Assembly: GCF_963528315.1 (NCBI RefSeq)
Contig: NZ_CAURVV010000001.1
Span: forward strand, 13,464-77,463
Length of the DNA: 64,000 bases
DNA from: an uncultured Granulicatella sp.
Lineage (GTDB): Bacteria > Bacillota > Bacilli > Lactobacillales > Aerococcaceae
Direction: 5' to 3'
In this document: positions 47,742-56,243 of the stretch, piece by piece
Layout of the letters: every line of letters begins with the position of its first letter
Position numbering within the stretch: the first letter of the stretch is position 1
Program-made: the position numbers and the translations under genes
Notes under the pieces: model-generated
Databases searched by the model: none
What the model saw: only the letters and a program-made list of their open reading frames with translations
What the model was told of the DNA's origin: nothing

Positions 47742-49109
47742 ATGTCTGAAATGGCTTATGAATTTGATGAAATTTTAGAACAAATTCATCATACGTTAAA
47801 AACAGATGATAAGCAGCAATTTAAAGAAATCTTTTTAGAAAACCATACTTATGACCAAGCACAAATTTACTTGTCGTTAAGTGAGGAACAACGTCAATTG
47901 GTGTATCAATATCTGTCGCCAGAAGACATGGCACCTGTATTTGAAATTATTGAAGAAGATGTTGAAGATGTGGAAGAATATCTTCGAGAAATGGATGAGC
48001 GTTATGCAGCAAGAATGTTAGCAGAAATGTATGCTGATAATGCGGTAGATATTTTGCAACAAGTACAGGAAGATGAAGTAAGAAAATATTTGCGCATGAT
48101 GCCTCATAAAACTTCTAACGAAATTCGTAACTTATTAAATTATGAAGATGATACAGCTGGAGCGATGATGACAACAGAAATTATCGCCATTCATGAAAGT
48201 CAAACTGTTGGAAGTGCCATGACAACTGTTAAGAAAATGGCAGAAGAAGCAGAAACGATTTATTATGTGTATGTAGTAGATGAAAAAAACCGATTAAAAG
48301 GGGTATTAACTCTTAAGGATTTAATCGTTCATAAAGAAGATGTGAAAATTAGCGAAATTATGGTGGATCGTGTCGTTTCTGTAGAAGTGCAAGAATCACA
48401 AGAGGCAGTAGCAAAAATGATTCGAGACTATGACTTCTTAGCCATTCCGGTTATTGATGAAGAAGAAAAGTTAATTGGGATTATTACAGTCGATGATGCC
48501 ATTGACGTTATTGATGAAGAAGCAACAAGTGACTACTCTGGTTTAGCAGGGGTAGACGTAGATGAACAATCTGTGAACCCATTTATTGCAGCGTCAAAAC
48601 GTTTGCCATGGTTAATTAGTTTATTATTCTTAGGATTAACAACGGCAGCCTTATTAAGTCGCTATGAAGGAATAATCGGACAAGCTAGTATACTTTCTAT
48701 TTTCATTACATTAATTACAGGTACAGCAGGGAATGCGGGAACACAATCTTTAGCGGTAGCGGTTCGTAAGATTGGTTTAAACGAAGATGAGTCTGTTTTC
48801 GTAAAAACGATATTGTCAGAAGTTGCAACAGGGATTATTAGTGGGATTGCGACAGGCTTGATTATTTTTATCGTAGTAGGTTTATGGCAAGGAAACTGGA
48901 TTTTAGGTGGAATCATTGGAGTGTCAATGTTCTTTGCGATTACAGTAGCAACGATTGCCGGAAGTTTAATTCCATTATTAATTGACTCTATGGGATTTGA
49001 TCCTTCATTTGCGAGTGGTTTATTCATTACTACAGTGAGTGACTTAACGAGTGTATTTGTATATTTCACGATTGCAAGCATGTTTCTTGAGAAATTTTTA
49101 GGAAATTAA
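47742..49109 (+). CDS. mgtE: Magnesium transporter MgtE
   Basis: N-domain, tandem CBS domains and a C-terminal TM domain with GNAGTQS. The ATG at 47742 follows GAGGTG. Confidence 0.9.
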   Translation: MSEMAYEFDEILEQIHHTLKTDDKQQFKEIFLENHTYDQAQIYLSLSEEQRQLVYQYLSPEDMAPVFEIIEEDVEDVEEYLREMDERYAARMLAEMYADNAVDILQQVQEDEVRKYLRMMPHKTSNEIRNLLNYEDDTAGAMMTTEIIAIHESQTVGSAMTTVKKMAEEAETIYYVYVVDEKNRLKGVLTLKDLIVHKEDVKISEIMVDRVVSVEVQESQEAVAKMIRDYDFLAIPVIDEEEKLIGIITVDDAIDVIDEEATSDYSGLAGVDVDEQSVNPFIAASKRLPWLISLLFLGLTTAALLSRYEGIIGQASILSIFITLITGTAGNAGTQSLAVAVRKIGLNEDESVFVKTILSEVATGIISGIATGLIIFIVVGLWQGNWILGGIIGVSMFFAITVATIAGSLIPLLIDSMGFDPSFASGLFITTVSDLTSVFVYFTIASMFLEKFLGN

Positions 49110-49113
49110 CAAT

Positions 49114-49151
49114 AAAAATGGCTCCACCCAAAAAAGGTCGAGCCATTTTTT
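49114..49151. terminator. Bidirectional intrinsic terminator
   Basis: aatggctc...gagccatt stem with flanking A- and T-runs, between convergent genes. Confidence 0.6.
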
Positions 49152-49153
49152 AA

Positions 49154-49780
49154 TTATTCAGAAACTTTATAATACATTGCTTTTTTCAGTGCGTCTGAAG
49201 TTAGGGCAGATTGAGTACCAAATAAACGATCTTTTGTTGTATCAGAAGTATCCTTATTTCCTTCAATCAATCCATAAGTAACAACTTGATTTTTAGGAAC
49301 AAAGGTCATAATGGCACTTCCAACAGTTGGTTGATTTTCTAATGGAGAAAAAATCCAATTAAGTAAACCATCTTGATATTGTGTTTGTGTTGGTTGCACT
49401 TTATAAGTAGATTCTTTAACAGAAACTGTTCCATTTTCGTGGAAAGTTAATTCTTGACCATAGTCATTTCTCCACGTTCCTTTAATGCTTGAAAGATTTC
49501 CTGTTTTAATTTCTTCTATATTCATTGAAGTAGAAGCAACTGTAGTTTTATTTTGAACAGTAGCTTTCTTAGCTTCTTGAGTAGTTGTTTCTTGTTTTGT
49601 TTCAGAAGCTACTTTAGTTGTAGTAGGTTGTTCTTTAGTCGATGTTGCTTTTGTAGATGAGGTTGTCGTTGTAGAAACAGTTGTTTGCGTAGTTGTTGAT
49701 TCAGTAGGTTTAGAAGTTTGACTCTTACAAGCTGTTAAAACAAATAAACTAGATAATAAAACTAAATACTGTTTTTTCAT
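49154..49780 (-). CDS. Lipoprotein with Thr/Ser-rich linker
   Basis: Lipobox LFVLTAC, about 60 aa of T/S/Q-rich low complexity, then a globular C-terminal domain. Confidence 0.55.
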   Translation of the reverse strand: MKKQYLVLLSSLFVLTACKSQTSKPTESTTTQTTVSTTTTSSTKATSTKEQPTTTKVASETKQETTTQEAKKATVQNKTTVASTSMNIEEIKTGNLSSIKGTWRNDYGQELTFHENGTVSVKESTYKVQPTQTQYQDGLLNWIFSPLENQPTVGSAIMTFVPKNQVVTYGLIEGNKDTSDTTKDRLFGTQSALTSDALKKAMYYKVSE

Positions 49781-49883
49781 AAAATTTCCTCCCTTAAGTA
49801 CTTATATTATAGAACAAATTGCATAAAAAAACGATGAACTTTAAAGAGATTTAAAAAATATAAATAATTTTGTAGAAAACTGT

Positions 49884-49912
49884 TGACAAGAGAAGAGGAT
49901 TACTGTAAACTA
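49884..49912 (+). promoter_or_regulatory. Sigma-A promoter of the infC operon
   Basis: TTGACA, a 17-nt spacer, then TAAACT. Confidence 0.6.
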
Positions 49913-49914
49913 CA

Positions 49915-50050
49915 GGAGTTGAGAAAACAAGCAGAAGCATCCCGCTTCTCGCCTAAGTTGACTGAAGTCCTTGGGCCGATAGTAATGTTTATTTAATGAA
50001 GACATTGGCAGCGGGGATATTTTGTTCTCGTTGCTTTTTTGCTTTTTTCT
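49915..50050 (+). promoter_or_regulatory. L20 leader (ribosomal protein autoregulatory leader) with attenuator terminator
   Basis: Structured GC-enriched leader between the promoter and infC. A gcagcg...cgttgc hairpin followed by TTTTTTGCTTTTTT lies at 50008-50050. The position matches the Firmicutes L20 leader. Confidence 0.6.
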
Positions 50051-50076
50051 CTCAAAAATTTTGGAGGTGAACAATC

Positions 50077-50592
50077 ATAGCAAAAGATATGATGGTCAAT
50101 GATGGAATTCGAGCTCGTGAATTACGTGTAATTGACAATAACGGTGAACAAATTGGTGTTCAAACAAAAAACGATGCATTGCGTTTAGCAGAACAAGCTG
50201 GACTAGATTTAGTTTTAGTTTCGCCAAATGCAAAACCACCAGTTGCTCGAATTATGGATTATGGTAAGTATCGCTTTGAGCAACAAAAGAAAGAACGTGA
50301 AGCTCGTAAAAATCAAAAAGTCATCAATATCAAAGAAGTGCGTCTAAGCCCTACAATCGATGAAAACGACTTTAATACGAAATTGAAAGCAGCACAAAAG
50401 TTTCTTGAAAAAGGTGACAAAGTGAAAGCTACAATCCGCTTTAAAGGCCGTGCCATTACTCATAAAGAGATTGGACAAAAGGTTTTAGAACGTTTGGCAG
50501 AACAAGTTAGTGAACTTGCAACTGTCGAACAAAAGGCAAAAATGGACGGACGAAGCATGTTCTTGATGTTAGCGCCCAAAAATGACAAGTAA
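50077..50592 (+). CDS. infC: Translation initiation factor IF-3 (probable non-AUG start)
   Basis: The [21 protein letters not shown]-terminus is conserved. GGAGGTG at 50063-50069 is best spaced for ATA 50077 or ATC 50074; the first ATG (50089) would lie 19 nt from the RBS. Confidence 0.85.
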   Translation: MAKDMMVNDGIRARELRVIDNNGEQIGVQTKNDALRLAEQAGLDLVLVSPNAKPPVARIMDYGKYRFEQQKKEREARKNQKVINIKEVRLSPTIDENDFNTKLKAAQKFLEKGDKVKATIRFKGRAITHKEIGQKVLERLAEQVSELATVEQKAKMDGRSMFLMLAPKNDK

Positions 50593-50614
50593 AAAGTAAC
50601 AGGAGGAAAGTCTC

Positions 50615-50815
50615 ATGCCAAAACAAAAAACACACCGTGGTTCAGCTAAACGTTTCAAACGTACAGGTGGTGGAGGATTAAAACGTTCACAAGCCTTCAC
50701 AAGCCACCGTTTCCATGGTAAAACTAAGAAACAACGTCGTCACTTGCGTAAACAAACAATGGTTCACGCTACTGACATCAAACGTATTAAACAACAATTA
50801 AGTCAAATGCGTTAA
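50615..50815 (+). CDS. rpmI: 50S ribosomal protein L35
   Basis: [18 protein letters not shown]. Confidence 0.97.
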   Translation: MPKQKTHRGSAKRFKRTGGGGLKRSQAFTSHRFHGKTKKQRRHLRKQTMVHATDIKRIKQQLSQMR

Positions 50816-50884
50816 TTCAGCACGCAAAACTATTACATTTTCTAGACAGTCGCAAGAGACTGAAAGACCAAGGAGGAATTAATT

Positions 50885-51244
50885 ATGCCACGTGTTAAAG
50901 GTGGAACAGTTACTCGTCGTCGTCGTAACCGTGTTTTAAAATTAGCTAAAGGTTACTACGGAGCGAAATCAAAATTATTTAAAACAGCTAAACAAGCAGT
51001 CATGAAATCATACATGTATGCTTACCGTGACCGTCGTCAAAAGAAACGTGACTTCCGTAAATTATGGATCGCACGTATCAATGCGGCAGCTCGCTTAAAC
51101 GGATTAAGCTACAGCAAATTAATGCACGGCTTAAAATTAGCTGGTATCGAAATGAACCGCAAAATGTTAGCTGACTTAGCAGTTAACGATGCAGCAGCAT
51201 TCACTGTTTTAGCTGAACAAGCTAAATCAGCATTAGCTAAATAA
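50885..51244 (+). CDS. rplT: 50S ribosomal protein L20
   Basis: [26 protein letters not shown]. Confidence 0.97.
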   Translation: MPRVKGGTVTRRRRNRVLKLAKGYYGAKSKLFKTAKQAVMKSYMYAYRDRRQKKRDFRKLWIARINAAARLNGLSYSKLMHGLKLAGIEMNRKMLADLAVNDAAAFTVLAEQAKSALAK

Positions 51245-51367
51245 TTATCTGAGAGATTTTTTACAGTTAGTAAAGGAATCACTCGATATTCCAATAAGAT
51301 AAACCACCATTGAGCCCCGTTAAACTCAATGTGAAGAAATACCAAGAAGAATTTGGAGGAAATAATC

Positions 51368-51811
51368 GTGCGTACAACATTTATGGCAAAAGCTAGCACT
51401 ACTGAACGTAACTGGGTTGTAATCGACGCTACTGATGTACCATTAGGACGTCTTTCAGCTGTTGCTGCAAGCATTTTACGTGGAAAAAACAAACCAACAT
51501 TTACACCTAACGTTGACACAGGTGATTTCGTAATCATCATCAACGCTGATAAAGTAGCTTTAACAGGTAAAAAAGCATCTGATAAAGTTTACTATCACCA
51601 CTCAAACCACCCAGGTGGATTGACTGCTCGTACAGCTGGTGAATTACGTGCAAACAACTCTCGTAAATTAGTTGAATTATCAATCAAAGGCATGTTACCT
51701 AAAAACTCTTTAGGTCGTCGTCAATTTACTAAATTACATGTTTACGGTGGAGCTGAACATCCACATGCTGCACAACAACCAGTAGCAGTAGACATCCAAT
51801 CACTAATTTAA
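51368..51811 (+). CDS. rplM: 50S ribosomal protein L13
   Basis: GTG start after GGAGGAAATAATC. The product begins [21 protein letters not shown]. Confidence 0.95.
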   Translation: MRTTFMAKASTTERNWVVIDATDVPLGRLSAVAASILRGKNKPTFTPNVDTGDFVIIINADKVALTGKKASDKVYYHHSNHPGGLTARTAGELRANNSRKLVELSIKGMLPKNSLGRRQFTKLHVYGGAEHPHAAQQPVAVDIQSLI

Positions 51812-51824
51812 GGAGGAAAAAGCA

Positions 51825-52217
51825 TTGGCTCAAGCACAATACCGCGGCACTGGACGCCGTAAAAACTCAACTGCCCGTGTTATCTTAGTACCAGGGACAG
51901 GTAAAATTACTATTAACAAAAAATCAATCGAAGAATACATTCCATTTGCTTACTTACACGAAGTAATCAAACAACCTTTAAACATTACTGAAACAATCGG
52001 AACTTACGATGTATTAGTAAACGTTAATGGTGGTGGATTCACTGGTCAATCAGGAGCTATCCGTCATGGTATCGCTCGTGCATTATTAACAGTTGATCCT
52101 GATTTCCGTGGCGCTTTAAAAGCTGCTGGTTTATTAACTCGTGATCCTCGTATGAAAGAACGTAAAAAACCAGGTCTTAAAAAAGCTCGTAAAGCTAGCC
52201 AGTTCTCAAAACGTTAA
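51825..52217 (+). CDS. rpsI: 30S ribosomal protein S9
   Basis: TTG start after AGGAGGAAAAAGCA. Ends ...[12 protein letters not shown]. Confidence 0.95.
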   Translation: MAQAQYRGTGRRKNSTARVILVPGTGKITINKKSIEEYIPFAYLHEVIKQPLNITETIGTYDVLVNVNGGGFTGQSGAIRHGIARALLTVDPDFRGALKAAGLLTRDPRMKERKKPGLKKARKASQFSKR

Positions 52218-52239
52218 TATTTTATATATCAACATTTCA

Positions 52240-52271
52240 ACACTCTGTGGTTATACCACAGGGTGTTTTTT
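52240..52271 (+). terminator. Intrinsic terminator of rplM-rpsI
   Basis: acactctgtgg/ccacagggtgt hairpin followed by TTTTTTG. Confidence 0.8.
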
Positions 52272-52286
52272 GCGTATATGAGTATA

Positions 52287-52430
52287 GAAATTGACTTTTC
52301 CGGTTGTAGCAATGGACGCCAGAAGACCTGCGGTCTCTTGGCCAAAAATTGAGCCTGTAGTCTCAATTTTTCCAGTACTAGAATCCGATGGGACGGCTTC
52401 TAGTACTTGTGCACGTGGAAAAGTCATTTC
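52287..52430 (+). repeat. Structured intergenic repeat, long form, copy 15
   Basis: Arms gaaattgacttttccggttgtagca / tgcacgtggaaaagtcatttc. Core GGACGCCAGAAG-gacc tgc ggtc-TCTCTTGGCC. Hairpin 2 is one bp shorter in both arms (aattgag/ctcaatt). Confidence 0.9.
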
Positions 52431-52532
52431 TATTTTGGAGTGAGGTTATGGGAGGGCGTTTAGGAGAGTGAACTTTCTAAAGATTTCTTAATCTCAAAAT
52501 ACTTTCTTATAGTTTCATTATTCTAATTTTAA

Positions 52533-52561
52533 TTGAACAGGTTAGTGTTTTTCCGTATAAT
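52533..52561 (+). promoter_or_regulatory. Sigma-A promoter at the head of the immunity island
   Basis: TTGAAC, a 17-nt spacer, then TATAAT, 55 nt upstream of the first island ORF. Confidence 0.55.
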
Positions 52562-52616
52562 TAGGTTTAAATTACAAATATTTGTTGAATAAATCAGATA
52601 TTAAAGAGGTGAAAAA

Positions 52617-53057
52617 ATGACTTTTGAAGATAAATTTATGGAAGTTCAAATTGGCATGATTTCGTTAGCAATGGAATATGTCCAAAATCAAGCAGAAAAA
52701 GTATATATTTATGCAATAGCAGACAGTTTGTATAGTTTTAAGCCATTTTATAAAATTAATGGTATTGTAATTGGAATGGAAGAAGTTAATGAAGTTGTGA
52801 CAAAAAAAGTAGATGATTCTGATAATATGGCATTTTCTTTATTGAAATATGGAACTGAAGATATGCAGAAATTGCAGGAGGTTTGCCAAGAATATAATCG
52901 TGAACATCCGACTGAGATGTGGTTGATTTATGATGCACAGAAAAATACCCTTAATAGTCGCTATAGCTATGAAGGGCGTTATGAGAAGGATGAAGAATTG
53001 CTTCCACGTTTAGAGTTTGAAAAATGGTTTGAGGAAGTAAAAAGTAAGGAACTGTAG
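52617..53057 (+). CDS. Putative polymorphic-toxin immunity protein, family A copy 1 (possibly remote YezG/DUF600-like)
   Basis: 146 aa, acidic, with no signal peptide. It is near-identical to 56828..57271, and a third 3' fragment lies at 63706. Confidence 0.45.
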   Translation: MTFEDKFMEVQIGMISLAMEYVQNQAEKVYIYAIADSLYSFKPFYKINGIVIGMEEVNEVVTKKVDDSDNMAFSLLKYGTEDMQKLQEVCQEYNREHPTEMWLIYDAQKNTLNSRYSYEGRYEKDEELLPRLEFEKWFEEVKSKEL

Positions 53058-53068
53058 GAGAATAAGAT

Positions 53069-53542
53069 ATGTACCAACAAAATCAATCAATTATCTATCC
53101 CTTGCTAACTGATGCGCTCTTATTGGAAAGAGAAGTAGTGTGGAGAGTTAAACTGCCTGATGATTATAAGGAATTTATAAAGAAAGAGAATGGAGTCATT
53201 CCCTCAAAAAGGTATTTTCATTTTGAGCATAATGAGAAAGTAATTGATCGTTTTTTAGCTATACTAGCTATTTCAGGAGAGAAGACAGAAGAGGATTACG
53301 ATATAGGAGTTGTGAGTACGCAATTGGAAGGTCGTATTGTATTTGATGAAGATAATGTTGGAATGCAACTAATCCCTATAGCTGCATTATTTGGTGGTGA
53401 TTTTGTTTGTCTAAATTATGTCGAGGATTCCGAAAATCCAAGCATTTGTATCTGGTATCATGAAGAGTCCTATGAGCTGGAGCCTGCTATAGAGTTTTTA
53501 GCTAACAACTTCACAGAGTTTTTAGCAATGCTACAGGATTAG
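53069..53542 (+). CDS. SMI1/KNR4 (SUKH-1) family immunity protein
   Basis: LPDDYKEFIKKENG...IPIAALFGGDFVCLNY...FTEFLAML pattern is typical of the SUKH superfamily. Confidence 0.75.
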   Translation: MYQQNQSIIYPLLTDALLLEREVVWRVKLPDDYKEFIKKENGVIPSKRYFHFEHNEKVIDRFLAILAISGEKTEEDYDIGVVSTQLEGRIVFDEDNVGMQLIPIAALFGGDFVCLNYVEDSENPSICIWYHEESYELEPAIEFLANNFTEFLAMLQD

Positions 53543-53630
53543 CTATATTATGGATATTAATTTAACGCGAAGCAAATAAACGATTAAATGACTGCTTAAC
53601 GTAGGAATTCTCAGATGAAAGGATGATACA

Positions 53631-53966
53631 ATGGTAGAATATGAAAAACATAATTTAATAGTAAATAGTAAAGTTATAAAATGTTTTGAATTTGAAATCC
53701 GAAATGTAATTGAACATGGTGATGAATTTATTGTTTTATTGGAGATTCCTTTTGATAATGAGAGTGAAAAGAATAACATTTTAAGGATTGATGCGAGTGG
53801 AAATGTAGTTTGGGAGATAAATAATAGTGGATACAGTAATAATAGTTATCCCTTTGAACAGATGACTTTGGGAGATGGCTGGCTTTATGCAACTGATTTT
53901 TATGCCAGAAGGTTAAAAGTTGATATAAAAACGGGAAAAATAGTTGATATGGCTATATCAAAATAA
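53631..53966 (+). CDS. Hypothetical small protein (candidate immunity protein)
   Basis: 111 aa with RBS AAAGGATG. I recognise no family. Context only. Confidence 0.35.
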   Translation: MVEYEKHNLIVNSKVIKCFEFEIRNVIEHGDEFIVLLEIPFDNESEKNNILRIDASGNVVWEINNSGYSNNSYPFEQMTLGDGWLYATDFYARRLKVDIKTGKIVDMAISK

Positions 53967-54007
53967 TAGAAGTTTGAGAATTTCAGAAATATGTGGAGGG
54001 CTTATAA

Positions 54008-54409
54008 ATGAGCGAAGCTTACTTGCCTACAAGAGATAGTTTGGGTTATCAGAATGTCAAACAAGCTTTAGAGAAAATTTTTTCGATTGATCTTGATACG
54101 ATTAAGATTAATGGAGGAGATGATGAAAATTTTAATTTTCCGTTCATGTATAATGGTTATCATATGACAATAGGTATTTCATCAACCGGTAAAAATACGC
54201 AATTGGAAGCAGGAAAGGGTGGCTTATTTAACATTTGGTTCGCTCAAACGGATGAACAGAGATTTTCAATCAATTTTTTATCCAAGGTTATTGATGATAA
54301 GAGTATAAGAAGAGTGTATGGCTGTGATGAAGAATCAGTCGAACGGACTTTGAATATATTGAAAGACTTTCTAAATTCAGATAAAGCGGAAGTTCTATTG
54401 AAGAATTGA
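54008..54409 (+). CDS. Hypothetical small protein (candidate immunity protein)
   Basis: 133 aa with RBS GGAGGG. I recognise no family. Context only. Confidence 0.35.
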   Translation: MSEAYLPTRDSLGYQNVKQALEKIFSIDLDTIKINGGDDENFNFPFMYNGYHMTIGISSTGKNTQLEAGKGGLFNIWFAQTDEQRFSINFLSKVIDDKSIRRVYGCDEESVERTLNILKDFLNSDKAEVLLKN

Positions 54410-54621
54410 ATCTATGTCTAGATTTCATCACGGGATTTGTGAAATCGAAATTAGATCAAATAGATATTAATTTATCTCCAGAAGATTTACAGTTGAGGTC
54501 AAAAAACTTCAAAGAATTTTGAATGGTCTACAAAGTAAAGGACTACCTTTGTGTCAAAACCAAGATGCAACTCAGAAACTATAGAAACGTTTTGACAATA
54601 AATTAGATTGAGGTATTAAAA

Positions 54622-54763
54622 ATGGATGTAACAAAATTAAATAAACTATCCTATATTTATATTCTGAAAGCAATGCTGAAGCTGTGATCTAGTTAAGTCT
54701 ATTAATAGTGAAGATAAACTCTTTATCTTGCTTGATAATTATAACTGGGATAAAGGTTTTGAA
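54622..54763 (+). pseudogene. Frameshifted 5' fragment of a DUF4274-like gene
   Basis: Aligns at nucleotide level with the first ~140 nt of the intact 63234 ORF and its upstream ~60 nt. It has a 1-nt deletion and an in-frame stop, and is cut off at 54763. Confidence 0.65.
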
Positions 54764-54922
54764 GGAAGAATCAAAGATTTCTTTAAAGCTGGTGATACTG
54801 GATTAGGTAATACTTGGTATCATCATTAAGATGGTAAGACTCTTCAAGAGGTGGATAGTGCTATTTATAGACGTTTTACTCATAGAGGTGGCATCTCAAT
54901 TCTGAATTTAGGAGGTAAATAA
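54764..54922 (+). pseudogene. Remnant of an HNH/EndoVII-fold (WHH/AHH-type) nuclease toxin C-terminal domain
   Basis: Translates GRIKDFFKAGDTGLGNTWYHH*DGKTLQEVDSAIYRRFTHRGGISILNLGGK*. There is an in-frame TAA at 54827 and no start codon or N-terminal region. The stop lies 1 nt before the SUKH ATG. Confidence 0.6.
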
Positions 54923-54923
54923 A

Positions 54924-55379
54924 ATGGTATTAACTATAGACTCATTTGGTCATGCGGAAGAAGAAGATATCAAACTTTTAGAAAAACGATTTGATATCAA
55001 ACTTCCAGTGGACTACAAAGAATTTTTAGTTACACAAAATGGAGGAAGGAATTTATCCTATAAATTTGAAAATTCAATAAAGATCAATCAAATAGATGAA
55101 GTTATCAATATTGATACTATGTTTGGTATAAATACGGGAATTAAAAATGCTGATATAGAGCAGTGGACAGAAGAATATCGGAATGATATTTTTGAACATT
55201 CCATTATTATTGGTGACACTATTCAGCACGGATTTCTAATATTTTGGCAAAGTGATGATGAGAATGAAGGCCTATATTATTACGACGATACGTATCAATT
55301 AGAAGCCTCAAATGATGAAAATAACGCCTATTTTTTAGCTAAGACATTTTCAGAATTTATGGATTTAATACAGAACTAA
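54924..55379 (+). CDS. SMI1/KNR4 (SUKH-1) family immunity protein
   Basis: IKLLEKRFDIKLPVDYKEFLVTQNGG...FSEFMDLI. Confidence 0.75.
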   Translation: MVLTIDSFGHAEEEDIKLLEKRFDIKLPVDYKEFLVTQNGGRNLSYKFENSIKINQIDEVINIDTMFGINTGIKNADIEQWTEEYRNDIFEHSIIIGDTIQHGFLIFWQSDDENEGLYYYDDTYQLEASNDENNAYFLAKTFSEFMDLIQN

Positions 55380-55456
55380 GAGCATAATTGAGGGAATTAT
55401 CTGAATAGATGTTCCCTTAAATTTTCATTAGAATTGAAGAGGAGTTACCAACGAAA

Positions 55457-55942
55457 ATGACAGTTGAGAAGCAAATTCAAGATAAAATATATGAATTAAT
55501 AAATAATGTTAATAAGACCATTCCTGTTGATTGGGATGAAATTTATATAAATTCTGAAATGTCGGAAACTGGTGGGAATGTATATTTTTTCTTCAAATTA
55601 CCAGATAATGATAAATTATTTTATAGCTTATTAATTCCTGATGATTTTAAAGTTGAGGAGAAGACTTTTGAAAAAATGGATTATCAGAATTATGTTTTAG
55701 CAAGAGAACTATGGAATATTTTTGAAAATAATCATATTGAGGTATGGAAAAATGCAAGTTTTATTTATAAAAATAATAAACTTAGCAGACATTTTGATTA
55801 TGTTGATTGGAATGCTTCACAATTTGGACCAACTGATCGTATAAACTATTTCAGGTATAAATACATGAAAGTTGCACCAAAAGATAATATTCAAGAACAA
55901 CTTTTTCAAGAAATGGAAAAGTATCAAAGCAAATTTTTATAA
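55457..55942 (+). CDS. YezG/DUF600 family immunity protein
   Basis: IYELINNVNKTIPVDWDEIYINSEMSETGGNVYFFFK... matches the YezG-type N-terminal pattern. Confidence 0.65.
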   Translation: MTVEKQIQDKIYELINNVNKTIPVDWDEIYINSEMSETGGNVYFFFKLPDNDKLFYSLLIPDDFKVEEKTFEKMDYQNYVLARELWNIFENNHIEVWKNASFIYKNNKLSRHFDYVDWNASQFGPTDRINYFRYKYMKVAPKDNIQEQLFQEMEKYQSKFL

Positions 55943-56035
55943 AATTTTCAAGGTTAGAAAAAATTAGTCATATTTATTAAGTTTTTTTCAAAAGTAATCG
56001 ATTTAAAATTAATATACAGATACTGGTATAATTGA

Positions 56036-56236
56036 GAAATAAGTTCCTGGAAAGTATTTGAATCAGTAAAGAAAAGAGATTACAAAACTTCGGAAATAAG
56101 GGAAGCTCACTTGGATGAATTAAATGATATGGAAACAATGCAATTAGTTCCATCTGTTGTTAATAGTAAATTTGAACATCTAGGTGGGATAGCTGAAGTT
56201 AAAAAAACTATTTGTTTTATAGAAAGAAAGGTTTAA
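56036..56236 (+). pseudogene. Remnant of a second HNH/EndoVII-fold toxin C-terminal domain
   Basis: The open frame has no start: EISSWKVFESVKKRDYKTSEIREAHLDELNDMETMQLVPSVVNSKFEHLGGIAEVKK... It shares the xH(H/L)...T(L/M)Q(E/L)V...H(R/L)GG pattern with the 54764 remnant. The stop lies 7 nt before the next ATG. Confidence 0.55.
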
Positions 56237-56243
56237 AAAAACA

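Noticed and set aside
51245-51367. L13 leader upstream of rplM (hairpin cattgag-ccccgttaaa-ctcaatg).
   Set aside because: The position is right and a 7-bp hairpin exists, but I cannot verify the family consensus from memory. It is left unannotated.
4798-52430. Interpretation of the structured repeats as integron attC sites. Their structure is conserved more than their sequence, and single ORFs are bracketed by copies.
   Set aside because: There is no integron integrase, attI or R'/R'' (GTTRRRY) core sites. Most copies flank essential housekeeping genes (pheT, pepF, rpsI) in both orientations. The architecture has a multi-hairpin core rather than a single bulged hairpin.
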